IMG/VR virus record: IMGVR_UViG_3300024346_007254 | Span: 1-64,000 of that record | Length of the DNA: 64,000 bases | Origin: a virus | Direction: 5' to 3' (one strand) | In this document: positions 1 through 10,033 of the stretch, piece after piece | How the letters are laid out: every line of letters begins with the position of its first letter | How positions within the stretch are numbered: position 1 is the stretch's first letter | Notes under the pieces: model-generated | Told to the model about the DNA's origin: nothing | Seen by the model: the letters and a program-made list of their open reading frames with translations, nothing else | Database searches by the model: none | Position numbers and translations under genes: made by a program

Positions 1-6
1 ATGTCA

Positions 7-1119
7 TTAAACTTTCCTTTTAGGTATCTTACTGTCGGCGCTGCTTACACAACTGTCTGTAATACAGGGCATCGGTTTGTCAAACAGCTTAAACCCTGTT
101 TCTATATTACCAAGAGGCACATCGTGGCATGAATAGGAACGTTTGATACTTCCGTCAGGCTCGCGTATAATAATTCCTTGATATCCGGCATTACAACTCC
201 ATCCTTTAAATTTGTTAAAGTTAAAGGCATTAAAGCGCTCGGCCTGATCCATGAACCATTTCTTGCCGTTTTTGTCTTCAAACTCAACTTGCATATGCCA
301 TGGAACACTTGCATCTAGTTTGCCATTAATGCCTTTTGGTATTTCAAATGTAGGCTTTGGACGGTCTGCCCATTTGCGTTTGCTTTCTGTGTAAGCACGT
401 TGTGGCATGCCGTTGTGCAGTCTCTTAAGCATATCGTCTGTATACCCGTCAACGACGCGGCTAGCGGTAGGGTCTGACTGTGGCTTGAGTGTTACGTTAA
501 TATTTTGCTCATGAAAGAACAGTGCGTTAGACCAGTCTTCTTCAAAGTGCTCCGGACGCATTACCATGTTGATTGTAACTTGCACATCGTACTCTTGACA
601 GAAAACTAGCTTGTCTGCAAATTCTTGCATCTTCTCTGTTGTGTTAAGATGCTCTGTGTGTAAGCTTGCTGTAATGCTGGCGCGGTGGAATGGCTTTGCA
701 TACTCTACATATTCTTCAAACCACTTCATATTGCGACTGCAATTAGATGTCATGTGTACTGAAGTATAGTTTGTGTTCGGAGCGTCATCTGAAAGGTGTT
801 TCATAATATCCAAGTAGCCTGGATGGAACGTAGGCTCGCCTCCGCTTAGGGAGAAGTGGAAACTGTTAAATCCGTTGCCTCTAGCTTGTCGTTTAATCTC
901 ATCGATTGTCTTAAGGCAGAGTTCAGTCGGTCTGTGATCTTTTCTATCCGACCTTGCATATGGCCAGCAATAACTACACTTATAATTACAAAACCTACCG
1001 AGTAACCAAGACACAGTGAAAATATCTCTGTAGATGAGAGTTCTTTGGCCCACAGACGTGATATCGTCAAACGGAATTTTTGTAAAATCGTAGTTGCTCC
1101 ATTTTAAATCTTCATTCAT
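7..1119 (-). CDS. Radical SAM protein, type A (W-x5-CNxxCxYC core, C-terminal Cys-rich twitch-like domain)
   Basis: WLLGRFCNYKCSYC triad, SGGEPT motif, C-terminal WSCNAG...SC...CITDSC. Confidence 0.9.
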   Translation of the reverse strand: MNEDLKWSNYDFTKIPFDDITSVGQRTLIYRDIFTVSWLLGRFCNYKCSYCWPYARSDRKDHRPTELCLKTIDEIKRQARGNGFNSFHFSLSGGEPTFHPGYLDIMKHLSDDAPNTNYTSVHMTSNCSRNMKWFEEYVEYAKPFHRASITASLHTEHLNTTEKMQEFADKLVFCQEYDVQVTINMVMRPEHFEEDWSNALFFHEQNINVTLKPQSDPTASRVVDGYTDDMLKRLHNGMPQRAYTESKRKWADRPKPTFEIPKGINGKLDASVPWHMQVEFEDKNGKKWFMDQAERFNAFNFNKFKGWSCNAGYQGIIIREPDGSIKRSYSCHDVPLGNIETGFKLFDKPMPCITDSCVSSADSKIPKRKV

Positions 1120-1124
1120 AATTT

Positions 1125-1153
1125 ATTATAGCATCCAATTTATTCTTTGTCAA
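1125..1153 (-). promoter_or_regulatory. Sigma70-type promoter with extended -10
   Basis: Minus strand TTGACA (1153-1148), 17-nt spacer ending TGC, TATAAT (1130-1125), then 5 nt to the ATG at 1119. An ATTAAATA late-like motif also lies at 1168-1161. Confidence 0.8.
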
Positions 1154-1171
1154 GTATAGGTATTTAATAGA

Positions 1172-2113
1172 CTATAGTTCTTCTTTTGAAAAATGATCTC
1201 TTTTATTTTCTTTACAAGTGTTTAAACATTTTGGAATTTTATTATCACCAGTCCAGGATTCAATTATATCCGTAAACACTTTTCCTTTGAGTGCTTCTTT
1301 AATACTTACGTTTTCTAGATTAATGTCGTTCATGTAGTCGTGCTCAACTAGTATTTCTTCAAAGCGATCTTTAACTTCACCTGTTACAGAAAATTCTAGC
1401 ATCTTGCTGTTTAGATGACAGCACGGAATAACGTTACCCATATGATTTACAAAGATTCTTTTTTGATTTGAATACTTACAACTTATACAAGGCGACTCGT
1501 CTACTTCTTTTTTCTTGTGCTTCACTCCATTTTTATCATCGCGGTGACTTATGATAGTTTTAAAATCTTTAAACCCTTCAGCTTTAGCTTTTGCTTTTGC
1601 TTCTTCTAGTTGGTGCTCGTTATGTTCAAACACAATAAACTGCCAATTAGATTTGCCGCCCGCTGCATTAAATGCGCGGTAGTTTTTTTCTACCTTTTCA
1701 AAATTAGAACCTTCTCTATAAATTTCACTTGTGCTATCGCTACCGTCAATGCCCCATGTTACTTTGTGGCTTGCAGGCATATGAGTAGCTAACTTTGCCC
1801 ACCATGCTTCGGTTCGCAAACTCCCATTAGTAGCAACGTTTATATGGGCATTCCAATCTGCAAAATGATCAATTATATCAAAAAAGTCAGGATGGGTAGT
1901 AGGCTCGTCGACACTGCCGCAAAAGTTGATAATTTTTATATTAGGAAAGTCTTCTTTAATAAATCTTTTTCTAATAGTATCGATTCCAATATAATGTTTG
2001 TTTAAAATCTTATCAGCTTGTTTTGATATAACTCTAAAACACCCCTTGCAACTTATGTTACAAAAGCTAGTAAGTTCTATATCAATCCATTCTATTGTGT
2101 CAGTTGACCACAT
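1172..2113 (-). CDS. Radical SAM protein, type B (CG-x2-(G/D)(D/E)P, C-terminal twitch/SPASM-like)
   Basis: IELTSFCNISCKGC, FCGSVDEP, TNGS, IDG, C-terminal IPCC...CLNTC. Confidence 0.9.
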   Translation of the reverse strand: MWSTDTIEWIDIELTSFCNISCKGCFRVISKQADKILNKHYIGIDTIRKRFIKEDFPNIKIINFCGSVDEPTTHPDFFDIIDHFADWNAHINVATNGSLRTEAWWAKLATHMPASHKVTWGIDGSDSTSEIYREGSNFEKVEKNYRAFNAAGGKSNWQFIVFEHNEHQLEEAKAKAKAEGFKDFKTIISHRDDKNGVKHKKKEVDESPCISCKYSNQKRIFVNHMGNVIPCCHLNSKMLEFSVTGEVKDRFEEILVEHDYMNDINLENVSIKEALKGKVFTDIIESWTGDNKIPKCLNTCKENKRDHFSKEEL

Positions 2114-3450
2114 TATGTTATCCTCGTTTCTAAATATTTAATAATATCGGGATGCAAGTATTCGTGATAATCTTGATCCCTTGATTTATCAAATACTGTA
2201 ATTTCCCTCAACATGTTTTGTCTATGTTCGTCAGTTACATCAAAGTCTAAATTTTCTTCTAAGTATTTAATTACATGCTTCACCATAGTTGAGCCGTGGT
2301 CAGCTGCAAGAGTTTGAAAATTTTTGATCAGGTCGAGCTTTATATCTTTTGTTAAGAATTTAACATTAATAAATTTTTCATCTGGCCAAATCAAGTCTAC
2401 AAAAAAGCTACAATTCTCTACTGTATCATTATTTAAAATACGTTCTTTGTACCATTTATAAAGATCGGGAATGTAGTGTGCGTTGAGCGCACTAAGCACT
2501 ATAGTTGGAAATAAATTTAACTTACGATCGTTTTCGTCAAACTTTGCAATTAGGTTATCTAAACTTTTTACAAGACTGTTCCATTTCATTGGGTAACGAA
2601 TATATTCGTAATTTTTTCCAACACTGTCGATGCTTAGATTTAGAGACGGCGCGCCTCTAAATTTTAACATTTTTTTAACTAATTGATTATTAAATTTTGT
2701 TGCATTTGTATGAAAACTTAAATGTATATTTTTGGCAGCGTCAACTTCTATAGCTTTATCTAAAAACTGTAAAAAAGGTTGAACAATTGTAGGTTCACCA
2801 CCAGTTGCTTTAATTTCTCGCAAGTTGTGTATGTTATCTAAAATATTTTGCCATTGCTCGTTACCGTTCCAAAAATGTGACTTGTTGTGAGAATTTGGAC
2901 CTGTATTATGTAAGAAGGTAGGAATATTAGTTAATTGCTTATCAGATTTCCATTCAAACCCACTGATGCCATTAGTGTCTAGATTGTTTTCAATAAAGTA
3001 ATTATAATCGTGTCTAAGCTTATTACTAAGTCCAGGTTGACACATTCTGCATCTAAGGTTACAATTTTCGCCAAGGCTCAGGTCAACACATTGCATCTTC
3101 GGATTATTAACATCAAACTCATTAGCATCAGGAAGGGTAGAAAAAATCCTATAGCTTGTACTGCCTCTGTCTTCCATTTTCCAACAAGTGTTACAAGCTT
3201 GGGGGCGGTTGCCTGCAAGCATTGATTCTCTTATTGCAGTCATTGCAGGTCCATAGAATATCTCCGTGGGCATAATTTTTTTTTCAGACTTAGCAATAAT
3301 GTCTGCTATATGCAGTGGATCGGGGGTCTCGGGCCTTATTGCATTACAACATGGTGCTGCACTTACAATACCTAAGCCGTCTTTCCACTCCTTTAGTGCC
3401 AATTGACTAAAGGGAAAATAGCAAAACGTATTGTCGGTTTCTGGTTTCAT
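2113..3450 (-). CDS. Radical SAM protein, type C (N-terminal twitch-like Cys domain)
   Basis: N-terminal FCYFPF..PCC..CNTCWKME, then CNLRCRMC, TGGEP, TNAT, YIRYP. Confidence 0.9.
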   Translation of the reverse strand: MKPETDNTFCYFPFSQLALKEWKDGLGIVSAAPCCNAIRPETPDPLHIADIIAKSEKKIMPTEIFYGPAMTAIRESMLAGNRPQACNTCWKMEDRGSTSYRIFSTLPDANEFDVNNPKMQCVDLSLGENCNLRCRMCQPGLSNKLRHDYNYFIENNLDTNGISGFEWKSDKQLTNIPTFLHNTGPNSHNKSHFWNGNEQWQNILDNIHNLREIKATGGEPTIVQPFLQFLDKAIEVDAAKNIHLSFHTNATKFNNQLVKKMLKFRGAPSLNLSIDSVGKNYEYIRYPMKWNSLVKSLDNLIAKFDENDRKLNLFPTIVLSALNAHYIPDLYKWYKERILNNDTVENCSFFVDLIWPDEKFINVKFLTKDIKLDLIKNFQTLAADHGSTMVKHVIKYLEENLDFDVTDEHRQNMLREITVFDKSRDQDYHEYLHPDIIKYLETRIT

Positions 3451-4703
3451 TAATTGTTCTCAGTAGGTATAATCGGAGGAGCCTTTGCTACTTCGTCCAT
3501 ACTGTTTTCAAAAACACTACTATCAATATGATTATAAAGAACATCTTTATAGTTTTCTTTATATGCACTCTTTGGTGCGCAAAGGCCGCAACCACATGTA
3601 GCTTTTGGACAAATAACAGTTGGCATTGTCTTTGACTCAAGGCGTTGTTTTAGATCTGCAATGATTTTATAACCTTCGCTAATCTTTCCAATCGGGCCGC
3701 GTGTTTGATCAAATTTAGCTTGACACGTTTGGTGATGGAATACTTGATCTGTTTGTTGTTCTAAATGCAGGAAGAACCAGTTAACACTGCAATGCCAGCC
3801 TTTAAAGTTTCTAAAGTCAACAAAGGTACTTTTACGATCTTCTCCTTTAGCACTTAGGCACATCTCTCTACTGCCGCAGCACGGTCGTCCAATTGCATAA
3901 CCATCTTTCTTTGGTTTAAGTACAGGAACTGCTTCAGCAACCTTAGTTTCTTCGTTTGTAGGTTCGCCTACAGCACTTAGTTTGTGCGATATTTCTTTTT
4001 CATCATTAAGTTTAGCGTTCTTATACTTCCAGTAGTTTTTCATATAATCAAGTTGTTCTTCAGTATACTGGTGTGCAAAGTCACTAGCACTGCCTGCTTC
4101 TTCTCCAATTACACGCGGTACATACTTTACACCGTTTTCATGCAAAAAATCACATAGCTCTTTGCATTCGTCAAAGTATGCAGCATGAAACATAACATTA
4201 ACACTTACAGTGAAATTATTTGCAGGGCCTTCTTTATGAAACTGCATTATTCTATCTTTAACTTGCTGTTTAAGTTTTTGATTGCTTTCGCTATGATAAC
4301 TAACTGTGGCGTGAGTAAAATGCTTCATTACGTTATCGGCCATCTTCTTGCCCATTGCGCCGTTTGTAGTAAGTGAAAATGTTGCAGTCCACTTGTCACT
4401 ATACCGTTTTTTGTATTCATCTTTAAGATAAATTACAAATGGAACAAAATGAGGGTTAACTGTAGGCTCGCCTCCGGTAAAACTAATAGCGGTATATTTG
4501 TTTTTTCTATATTCCATATATGTATCAATATATTCAAACAAGAAATTTGTGTTAGCTTTTAATTCGTCAAGAGTTGCATGTGGACTAAAGTTATCATGAC
4601 GGTGAACAGGACAATAGCTACAATCATAGTTACATCGTCTTCCAAGATCCCACGACACTTGAAAAACATTTCCAGTAAGCAAGTCTACTGTATCAAAACT
4701 CAT
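3450..4703 (-). CDS. Radical SAM protein, type A with extended Cys-rich C-terminus
   Basis: WDLGRRCNYDCSYC, TGGEPT, PCCG..C, HHQTC, CPKATCGCGLC. Start moved to 4703 because of the ATGA overlap with the upstream stop at 4700-4702. Confidence 0.9.
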   Translation of the reverse strand: MSFDTVDLLTGNVFQVSWDLGRRCNYDCSYCPVHRHDNFSPHATLDELKANTNFLFEYIDTYMEYRKNKYTAISFTGGEPTVNPHFVPFVIYLKDEYKKRYSDKWTATFSLTTNGAMGKKMADNVMKHFTHATVSYHSESNQKLKQQVKDRIMQFHKEGPANNFTVSVNVMFHAAYFDECKELCDFLHENGVKYVPRVIGEEAGSASDFAHQYTEEQLDYMKNYWKYKNAKLNDEKEISHKLSAVGEPTNEETKVAEAVPVLKPKKDGYAIGRPCCGSREMCLSAKGEDRKSTFVDFRNFKGWHCSVNWFFLHLEQQTDQVFHHQTCQAKFDQTRGPIGKISEGYKIIADLKQRLESKTMPTVICPKATCGCGLCAPKSAYKENYKDVLYNHIDSSVFENSMDEVAKAPPIIPTENN

Positions 4704-5482
4704 AAAGAATAACCCTTCTTTGCTGCTTCTTCCATTGCCCATTTTCGTTCAGCACACCAAAAACAATTGTTACATACTTCGAGAGGAATACCGTGTTCGT
4801 ATGTGTCCCACGTTATTCCTTCAAATTGGCCTTCGCAACTTCTTGTAGTAGTTAACAAATCTTGCCACCCATTAACAAAATATTGTTCTATAACCCAATC
4901 TTTTTCAACATACTTAAACGGGTGTAGCTGACTCCATTCTTGTTGTTCTGCTGTGGCGTCCTCTATAGATACCTTTCTATCGTGCGGGGCTTTATTCAGC
5001 TTAACATTGGGGTTTTTAGTAACACAATTGTATATGCGAGAAAGATTGTGTCGTTTAAATGCATATTGATTATATGCACTTACCACCATCCTGTCGCCGG
5101 AAAACGCAGGATCTGCTGGGTTTTTATAAGGTCCGGACTCTTCAAATTGAGGTGGAATAAATCCTTCAATGCGTTCGACAATTACATCTGGAAACATTTT
5201 CTTTAATTTATTGTATACATCAATGCTGATGTATCCAGCCCAAGGCCTATCGGTGTAAACACGAACAAACGAAATTATCTTTATCTTTGTCTTGTATCCA
5301 TTTTCTTGAATGTACTTTGCTAACAGTGACGTAAATAACGCACTGTCGGCACCGCCACTTACATTTATTCCAACATAGTCCCAATTCGGATCGAAGCGTA
5401 CAGGCAAGCCATTTAGCTCATGTAACTTATCACTTATGCCAAGTGAATAGAATTTTTTTTGTATTTCATCAAGATTTGTCAT
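4700..5482 (-). CDS. QueC-like PP-loop ATPase (adenine nucleotide alpha-hydrolase) with C-terminal Zn-binding motif
   Basis: NVSGGADSA PP-loop, TRSCEG...CNNCFWCAER (C...CxxCxxC as in QueC). Confidence 0.8.
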   Translation of the reverse strand: MTNLDEIQKKFYSLGISDKLHELNGLPVRFDPNWDYVGINVSGGADSALFTSLLAKYIQENGYKTKIKIISFVRVYTDRPWAGYISIDVYNKLKKMFPDVIVERIEGFIPPQFEESGPYKNPADPAFSGDRMVVSAYNQYAFKRHNLSRIYNCVTKNPNVKLNKAPHDRKVSIEDATAEQQEWSQLHPFKYVEKDWVIEQYFVNGWQDLLTTTRSCEGQFEGITWDTYEHGIPLEVCNNCFWCAERKWAMEEAAKKGYSL

Positions 5483-6893
5483 CTAGAGATTCCTTATTAA
5501 ATATATCTTTCATTTCAGGAAACGTTTCAGCAAATGTTATCCCACGTTGTTGATCACATAATCCAAGAAACTCTTTCATTTCGGGTAGACGTTGACTCCA
5601 ATCTTCCGAATCCATAAAGCTAAGTATTCCATCAAGACGTTTGATTCCGTATTCTGCTTCTTGCCATGTTTCATATGTTATTTTTCCTTTGTGCCACTCC
5701 GGTATACCTAGTTCCCAGTTTTCTTCCCACCACGGATACCATGCTTCGTACTTATCTCTGCATTCTTTCTTAAACCAAGTAGGTAGAGCTTTTACATTTA
5801 GGTGTGCCGGCCAGTATACAAAGTGCTGACTTATGCCGCCAGCGCCAAATGGCCACATGTTAACCTTTTTAAAACCTTGCTCAAGTTTCCATTGTATAAA
5901 ATCTGGCAAGTAATATACATTAAGGGCTTGTACTGCGCAAGCAATAGTAACCTCGACATTATCACTTGTTTCGTTATCAAGTATGTGGAACACTTCTTCT
6001 TGACGTGTCCACTTACTAGGATAGCGAATATAATCATTCATCTCTTTAATGCTGTCTATCGAATAGTGAAAACGCACCAGCTTAAATTCTTTCCATAAAT
6101 CAAATAGGTCCTCTCTCCATTCAACTCCATTTGAGTTATAACGAAGTTCAAGGTCTTTTGCATAACCCATTTTAATTGCGTGTTCAAGAATTTCATAATG
6201 TTCCTCAATAATAAGACTTTCGCCGCCTGCAAAATAGATTTGTTGCATAGTCGGCATTTGCTCATAAAACTGTTTCCAGAATGTAGGATTTTGTTTGTGC
6301 CAGTTGTAACTACTGCCGTTAGTACTACCTTTGTCTTCCCACTGCATAATCTCTTTAAGTGATTCGTTTTTAACTGCTGGGAAGATAGCTTTGTAGTCTT
6401 TAATCCAGCCACTGCTATCATGCGGGCTGCACATTACACAAGCAAGCTGACACTTTGTTCCAAAACGCAAATCAATGTATGCTAGGTTTGGGGGCACTTC
6501 GCCATCTTCTTTGGTATCGGCTAGAATCTTTTCAAGGTCTACACGCTGGCTCCAATAGTGTGTTTCCCACTGTCGCTTACTACGATGGCCTGCTGCTTCC
6601 TCTTTGTAGCACTTTAAACAGCTAGGTGGTTTTTCTCCGTTAAGCATTTGCTTTCGGACGTTCTTCATGTAGTTGCTATTCCATGCTGTTTCAAAGTCAC
6701 TTACATTTAGATTGTTAGGCTTGCCATCATCTGTTTTAAGAATGCCTACTTGTCCGCCATGTTCTTTGTCATTTGTTGGGCCAACGCTACTTGCGTTAGC
6801 TGTACAACAAACTCTCATGCTGCCGTCTGGGCGTGTACTTAGGTGTACCCACGGCAGGAGGCAAAACGTCTCGCTCGGTAATTTATCGGTCAT
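5469..6893 (-). CDS. Radical SAM protein, type C
   Basis: FCLLPWVHL..VCC..CLKCYKEE, DLRFGTKCQLACVMC, AGGES. Confidence 0.9.
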   Translation of the reverse strand: MTDKLPSETFCLLPWVHLSTRPDGSMRVCCTANASSVGPTNDKEHGGQVGILKTDDGKPNNLNVSDFETAWNSNYMKNVRKQMLNGEKPPSCLKCYKEEAAGHRSKRQWETHYWSQRVDLEKILADTKEDGEVPPNLAYIDLRFGTKCQLACVMCSPHDSSGWIKDYKAIFPAVKNESLKEIMQWEDKGSTNGSSYNWHKQNPTFWKQFYEQMPTMQQIYFAGGESLIIEEHYEILEHAIKMGYAKDLELRYNSNGVEWREDLFDLWKEFKLVRFHYSIDSIKEMNDYIRYPSKWTRQEEVFHILDNETSDNVEVTIACAVQALNVYYLPDFIQWKLEQGFKKVNMWPFGAGGISQHFVYWPAHLNVKALPTWFKKECRDKYEAWYPWWEENWELGIPEWHKGKITYETWQEAEYGIKRLDGILSFMDSEDWSQRLPEMKEFLGLCDQQRGITFAETFPEMKDIFNKESLDDKS

Positions 6894-7972
6894 TAGTTTC
6901 CTTCAATCTTAATTTCGTTATGGTAAGCTTTGTTCATTCCGCATGTACGAACACAACGAGTTAGGTGCAAGCTGTTTTTAGGATCCCAACTTAATTCTAA
7001 CAGTTCAGTATACCACGGATGTGATAGAATTTCTTCTACAGTGTGATATCTAAGGGAATTCCACGTATCACTAAAAATTGCCAACTTGTCGACTATTTTG
7101 TCTCCATTTTTAATAAATTCTGTCCACAAAAAACAGCATGGCCAAACTTTTAAATCTGCAGATATAAAAATCTCTCCCTCATGGATGTACTTACACGTTA
7201 TACTTTTAATTATAGCATCTTTTTCGTTTTTGTCAATTTCTTTGTTTGAGGAATAATCCTCAATGAATTTATCAAGCTTTTGTACTTGAGCCACTTTACT
7301 GTGTTCTTTAGCACCCGTTGTTGTAACTATTTTTTCTTCTTTGACTATTTTACCATTTTGTTTTTTAGTAATTTGCGATAGCCAATCCTGATAGCTGTTG
7401 CGCATACCAGTACGAGTGGCAAATTTTAATCCTAGCTCTGCGGCGTGCTGGCGAGCAGTGTCTAACTCGTATTCATTATGGTCAAACACAATAAAGATCC
7501 ATGTGCCCGTTGCAATGCCTTCGCCGCCTGCCATGTATGCTTTTACGTTACGCTCAATAACTGAGAATTTTGTATTAACTCTGTATATGTGATTTGTTTC
7601 AGCATGACCATCAATACAAAAGACAACGTCTACATTTTGTGTTTCTTTGCCAACTTTGCCTAATTCTCGCCACCATTCTTCTGTACGGATGCCGCCGTTT
7701 GTGCTTAATTGACAACGGCCACCGTTTGTGGCCAAATATCTAACCATGTCCAGACATTCTACGTTTGCAGCCGGGTCGCCTAATACTCCGCAAAACTTAA
7801 ACGATTTTCCAGTAATGTGTTCTTTTTTAGGAAAGGCTGACTGCAAGTCTTTAAATGTAAAACTTTGAATCTTGTATTCGCCGAGCCGTTGTGTCCTTAG
7901 ACAGCCCGGGCACGCCGCATTACAATCCGACGTGATTTCGAGTTCAATTTTTTTAAGGAAATCAACTGACAT
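6893..7972 (-). CDS. Radical SAM protein, type B
   Basis: LEITSDCNAACPGC, FCGVLGDP, IDG, WPCC, CVRTC. Confidence 0.9.
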   Translation of the reverse strand: MSVDFLKKIELEITSDCNAACPGCLRTQRLGEYKIQSFTFKDLQSAFPKKEHITGKSFKFCGVLGDPAANVECLDMVRYLATNGGRCQLSTNGGIRTEEWWRELGKVGKETQNVDVVFCIDGHAETNHIYRVNTKFSVIERNVKAYMAGGEGIATGTWIFIVFDHNEYELDTARQHAAELGLKFATRTGMRNSYQDWLSQITKKQNGKIVKEEKIVTTTGAKEHSKVAQVQKLDKFIEDYSSNKEIDKNEKDAIIKSITCKYIHEGEIFISADLKVWPCCFLWTEFIKNGDKIVDKLAIFSDTWNSLRYHTVEEILSHPWYTELLELSWDPKNSLHLTRCVRTCGMNKAYHNEIKIEGN

Positions 7973-7990
7973 TGTGTACGTACTTTACTC

Positions 7991-8008
7991 TCATAAATAT
8001 ATTTATGA
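7991..8008. promoter_or_regulatory. Perfect 18-bp palindrome containing two opposed late-promoter-like motifs (CATAAATA on each strand)
   Basis: TCATAAATATATTTATGA lies between divergent genes starting at 7972 (-) and 8005 (+). It resembles the T4 late promoter TATAAATA. Confidence 0.65.
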
Positions 8009-9282
8009 ACTCCGATACACCAGAAAATAAAAACAATGCAATACTTAAGAAATATGGCAAATCCTTTTGTGCTGCGCCGTTTACTAGTTTCCACGAAGGT
8101 GAAAACGGTCTTATCAGTACGTGTTGCAAAACTAGAAATCCTCTTGGGTTTACTTCCCAAAATACTGTAGAAGAAATTCTAAACAGCGCAGAAGCACAGA
8201 AAATTCGTAAAGAATTTCTAGAAGGCAAACGCCCAGAGCAATGCAAGGCTTGCTGGAATCTAGAAGAAAGCGGAAAGATTGCTAGCAACAGACTCCATTC
8301 AAATGATATGGGTGCGGCAGGCATTGACGAAGCTGTCGCAAATACTAACGAAAATGGCTATATGAACAAACAGTTTCCAACATGGCTGGATATCTTATGG
8401 ACTAATAAATGCAATTTTGCGTGTATAGGATGCAAGCCTAGTTTAAGTAGTACAATTGCCAACAACTATATAAAAGAATTTTCTATATTGCACAATCACG
8501 ACTACGCAAAAGAACAATCACATGAATGGAAAAATTCAAATGATAGCAAAATAGATTACGTTCTTAAGCATAGTGATTCTATACACACTATTCACCTTAA
8601 CGGCGGCGAACCATTAATGGCCGAAGACTTGTATGAATTCTTAGAAGTAATGATTAGCAAGGGACTTCACAAGAAAATAAAAATATGGAGTCATACTAAC
8701 GGCAGTGTAAAGAGTTTTAAAGGTAGAGATTTAATACTTGATTATTTTTCTCATTGGGGCAAGAATTGTAAGATTACGTTAAGCAATGACGGACATAGTA
8801 AGTACGGTGAATATATTAGATATGGATACAATGATAAAAAATGGCTGAATACATATGAAAAAATTAAAGAAGCAAAAATAGAATTTAACGTTCAGACCTG
8901 TTTAAATATTTTTAACGTATTGTACTTAGATGAAATTAATGATTGGTATTTTTCTAATATTATCGATAATGAAAAGATTCCATATGGAACATTAACCCTC
9001 TGGACAAATCCAACTCTTAGTATTAGGCTAGCAAATCACATACCTGAACTAAGAGAACAGTCGTTAAACATGTTAACACAGCTTCAATCTAAGAAAAGTA
9101 TGCAGTGGAATAAATCACTAGTTTCAAGTCACCAATGGCTTGAAAATAATACACATGCGGACCAACATCATTTGAAGTCTTTTTATAACGGAGTAGTAGC
9201 GTTAGATGCAAAAAGAAATACAAACTTTTTAGAAACGTTTCCGTTGCTTACAGATTTATACAATTTAGGAAAATCTATTTAA
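8005..9282 (+). CDS. Radical SAM protein, type C
   Basis: FCAAPF..TCC..CKACWNLE, CNFACIGC, NGGEP, YIRYG. Start placed at the first ATG (8005). Confidence 0.9.
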   Translation: MNSDTPENKNNAILKKYGKSFCAAPFTSFHEGENGLISTCCKTRNPLGFTSQNTVEEILNSAEAQKIRKEFLEGKRPEQCKACWNLEESGKIASNRLHSNDMGAAGIDEAVANTNENGYMNKQFPTWLDILWTNKCNFACIGCKPSLSSTIANNYIKEFSILHNHDYAKEQSHEWKNSNDSKIDYVLKHSDSIHTIHLNGGEPLMAEDLYEFLEVMISKGLHKKIKIWSHTNGSVKSFKGRDLILDYFSHWGKNCKITLSNDGHSKYGEYIRYGYNDKKWLNTYEKIKEAKIEFNVQTCLNIFNVLYLDEINDWYFSNIIDNEKIPYGTLTLWTNPTLSIRLANHIPELREQSLNMLTQLQSKKSMQWNKSLVSSHQWLENNTHADQHHLKSFYNGVVALDAKRNTNFLETFPLLTDLYNLGKSI

Positions 9283-10024
9283 TTCCAGCTTTTTGTTTTC
9301 CCCAATTGCGTTCTTCACACCAAAAACATTCTCCGCATTCTGGAACAAACTGTCCCTCAACATAATTTTCGTATGTTAGATCATCCCATTCCTGTTCACA
9401 GCTACGTGTTGTATTAAGTAAATCGAGTACATTATTATTAGCGTACTGCTTAATAATCCAATCTTTTTCAGTTAATCTAAATGGTGTTAAGAACCATCCA
9501 TTTTCATCTGCGCTTGCAAGAGTATCTATTTCGTATTTTGGAGTGTCCCTTGCAAGAACTCTGCGGGAGTGCTCTAGTCCTGTAGGATTTTTTGTAGTAG
9601 CATTATATATTGCATCATACTTATTTTGAAATTGAAGATAACGACTATAGCTTACCCCTATAACAACATCGCCTGCGCGGCCATTAATTGGTCCGGCAGC
9701 ACTGAGCTCAAGTTCCGGAGGCATATACATAGTATGTCTTTCTCCAATAATTTCTGGAAATCTATTCTTGAGCCAATTATAAACATTTTCTGCAATACTG
9801 TATTGCCAAGGACGTGTTTTCCACATACGGATATATGATAACACATCAACTTGACAATCGTAGTTGTTTTCTTCAATAATTTTACAAACTAAAAATGCTA
9901 ATATTGCACTGTCTGCGCCGCCACTTAAATTAATAACTACCTTTTTCCATTTAGGATTTACTGGTATTGGAAGACCGTCGACGTTGTGCGTTTCTAAATT
10001 AGTGCTATTATATAATTTTTCCAT
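9275..10024 (-). CDS. QueC-like PP-loop ATPase
   Basis: LSGGADSA, RMWKTRPWQ, TRSCE...CGECFWCEER. Confidence 0.8.
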   Translation of the reverse strand: MEKLYNSTNLETHNVDGLPIPVNPKWKKVVINLSGGADSAILAFLVCKIIEENNYDCQVDVLSYIRMWKTRPWQYSIAENVYNWLKNRFPEIIGERHTMYMPPELELSAAGPINGRAGDVVIGVSYSRYLQFQNKYDAIYNATTKNPTGLEHSRRVLARDTPKYEIDTLASADENGWFLTPFRLTEKDWIIKQYANNNVLDLLNTTRSCEQEWDDLTYENYVEGQFVPECGECFWCEERNWGKQKAGIK

Positions 10025-10033
10025 TTTATTTCC

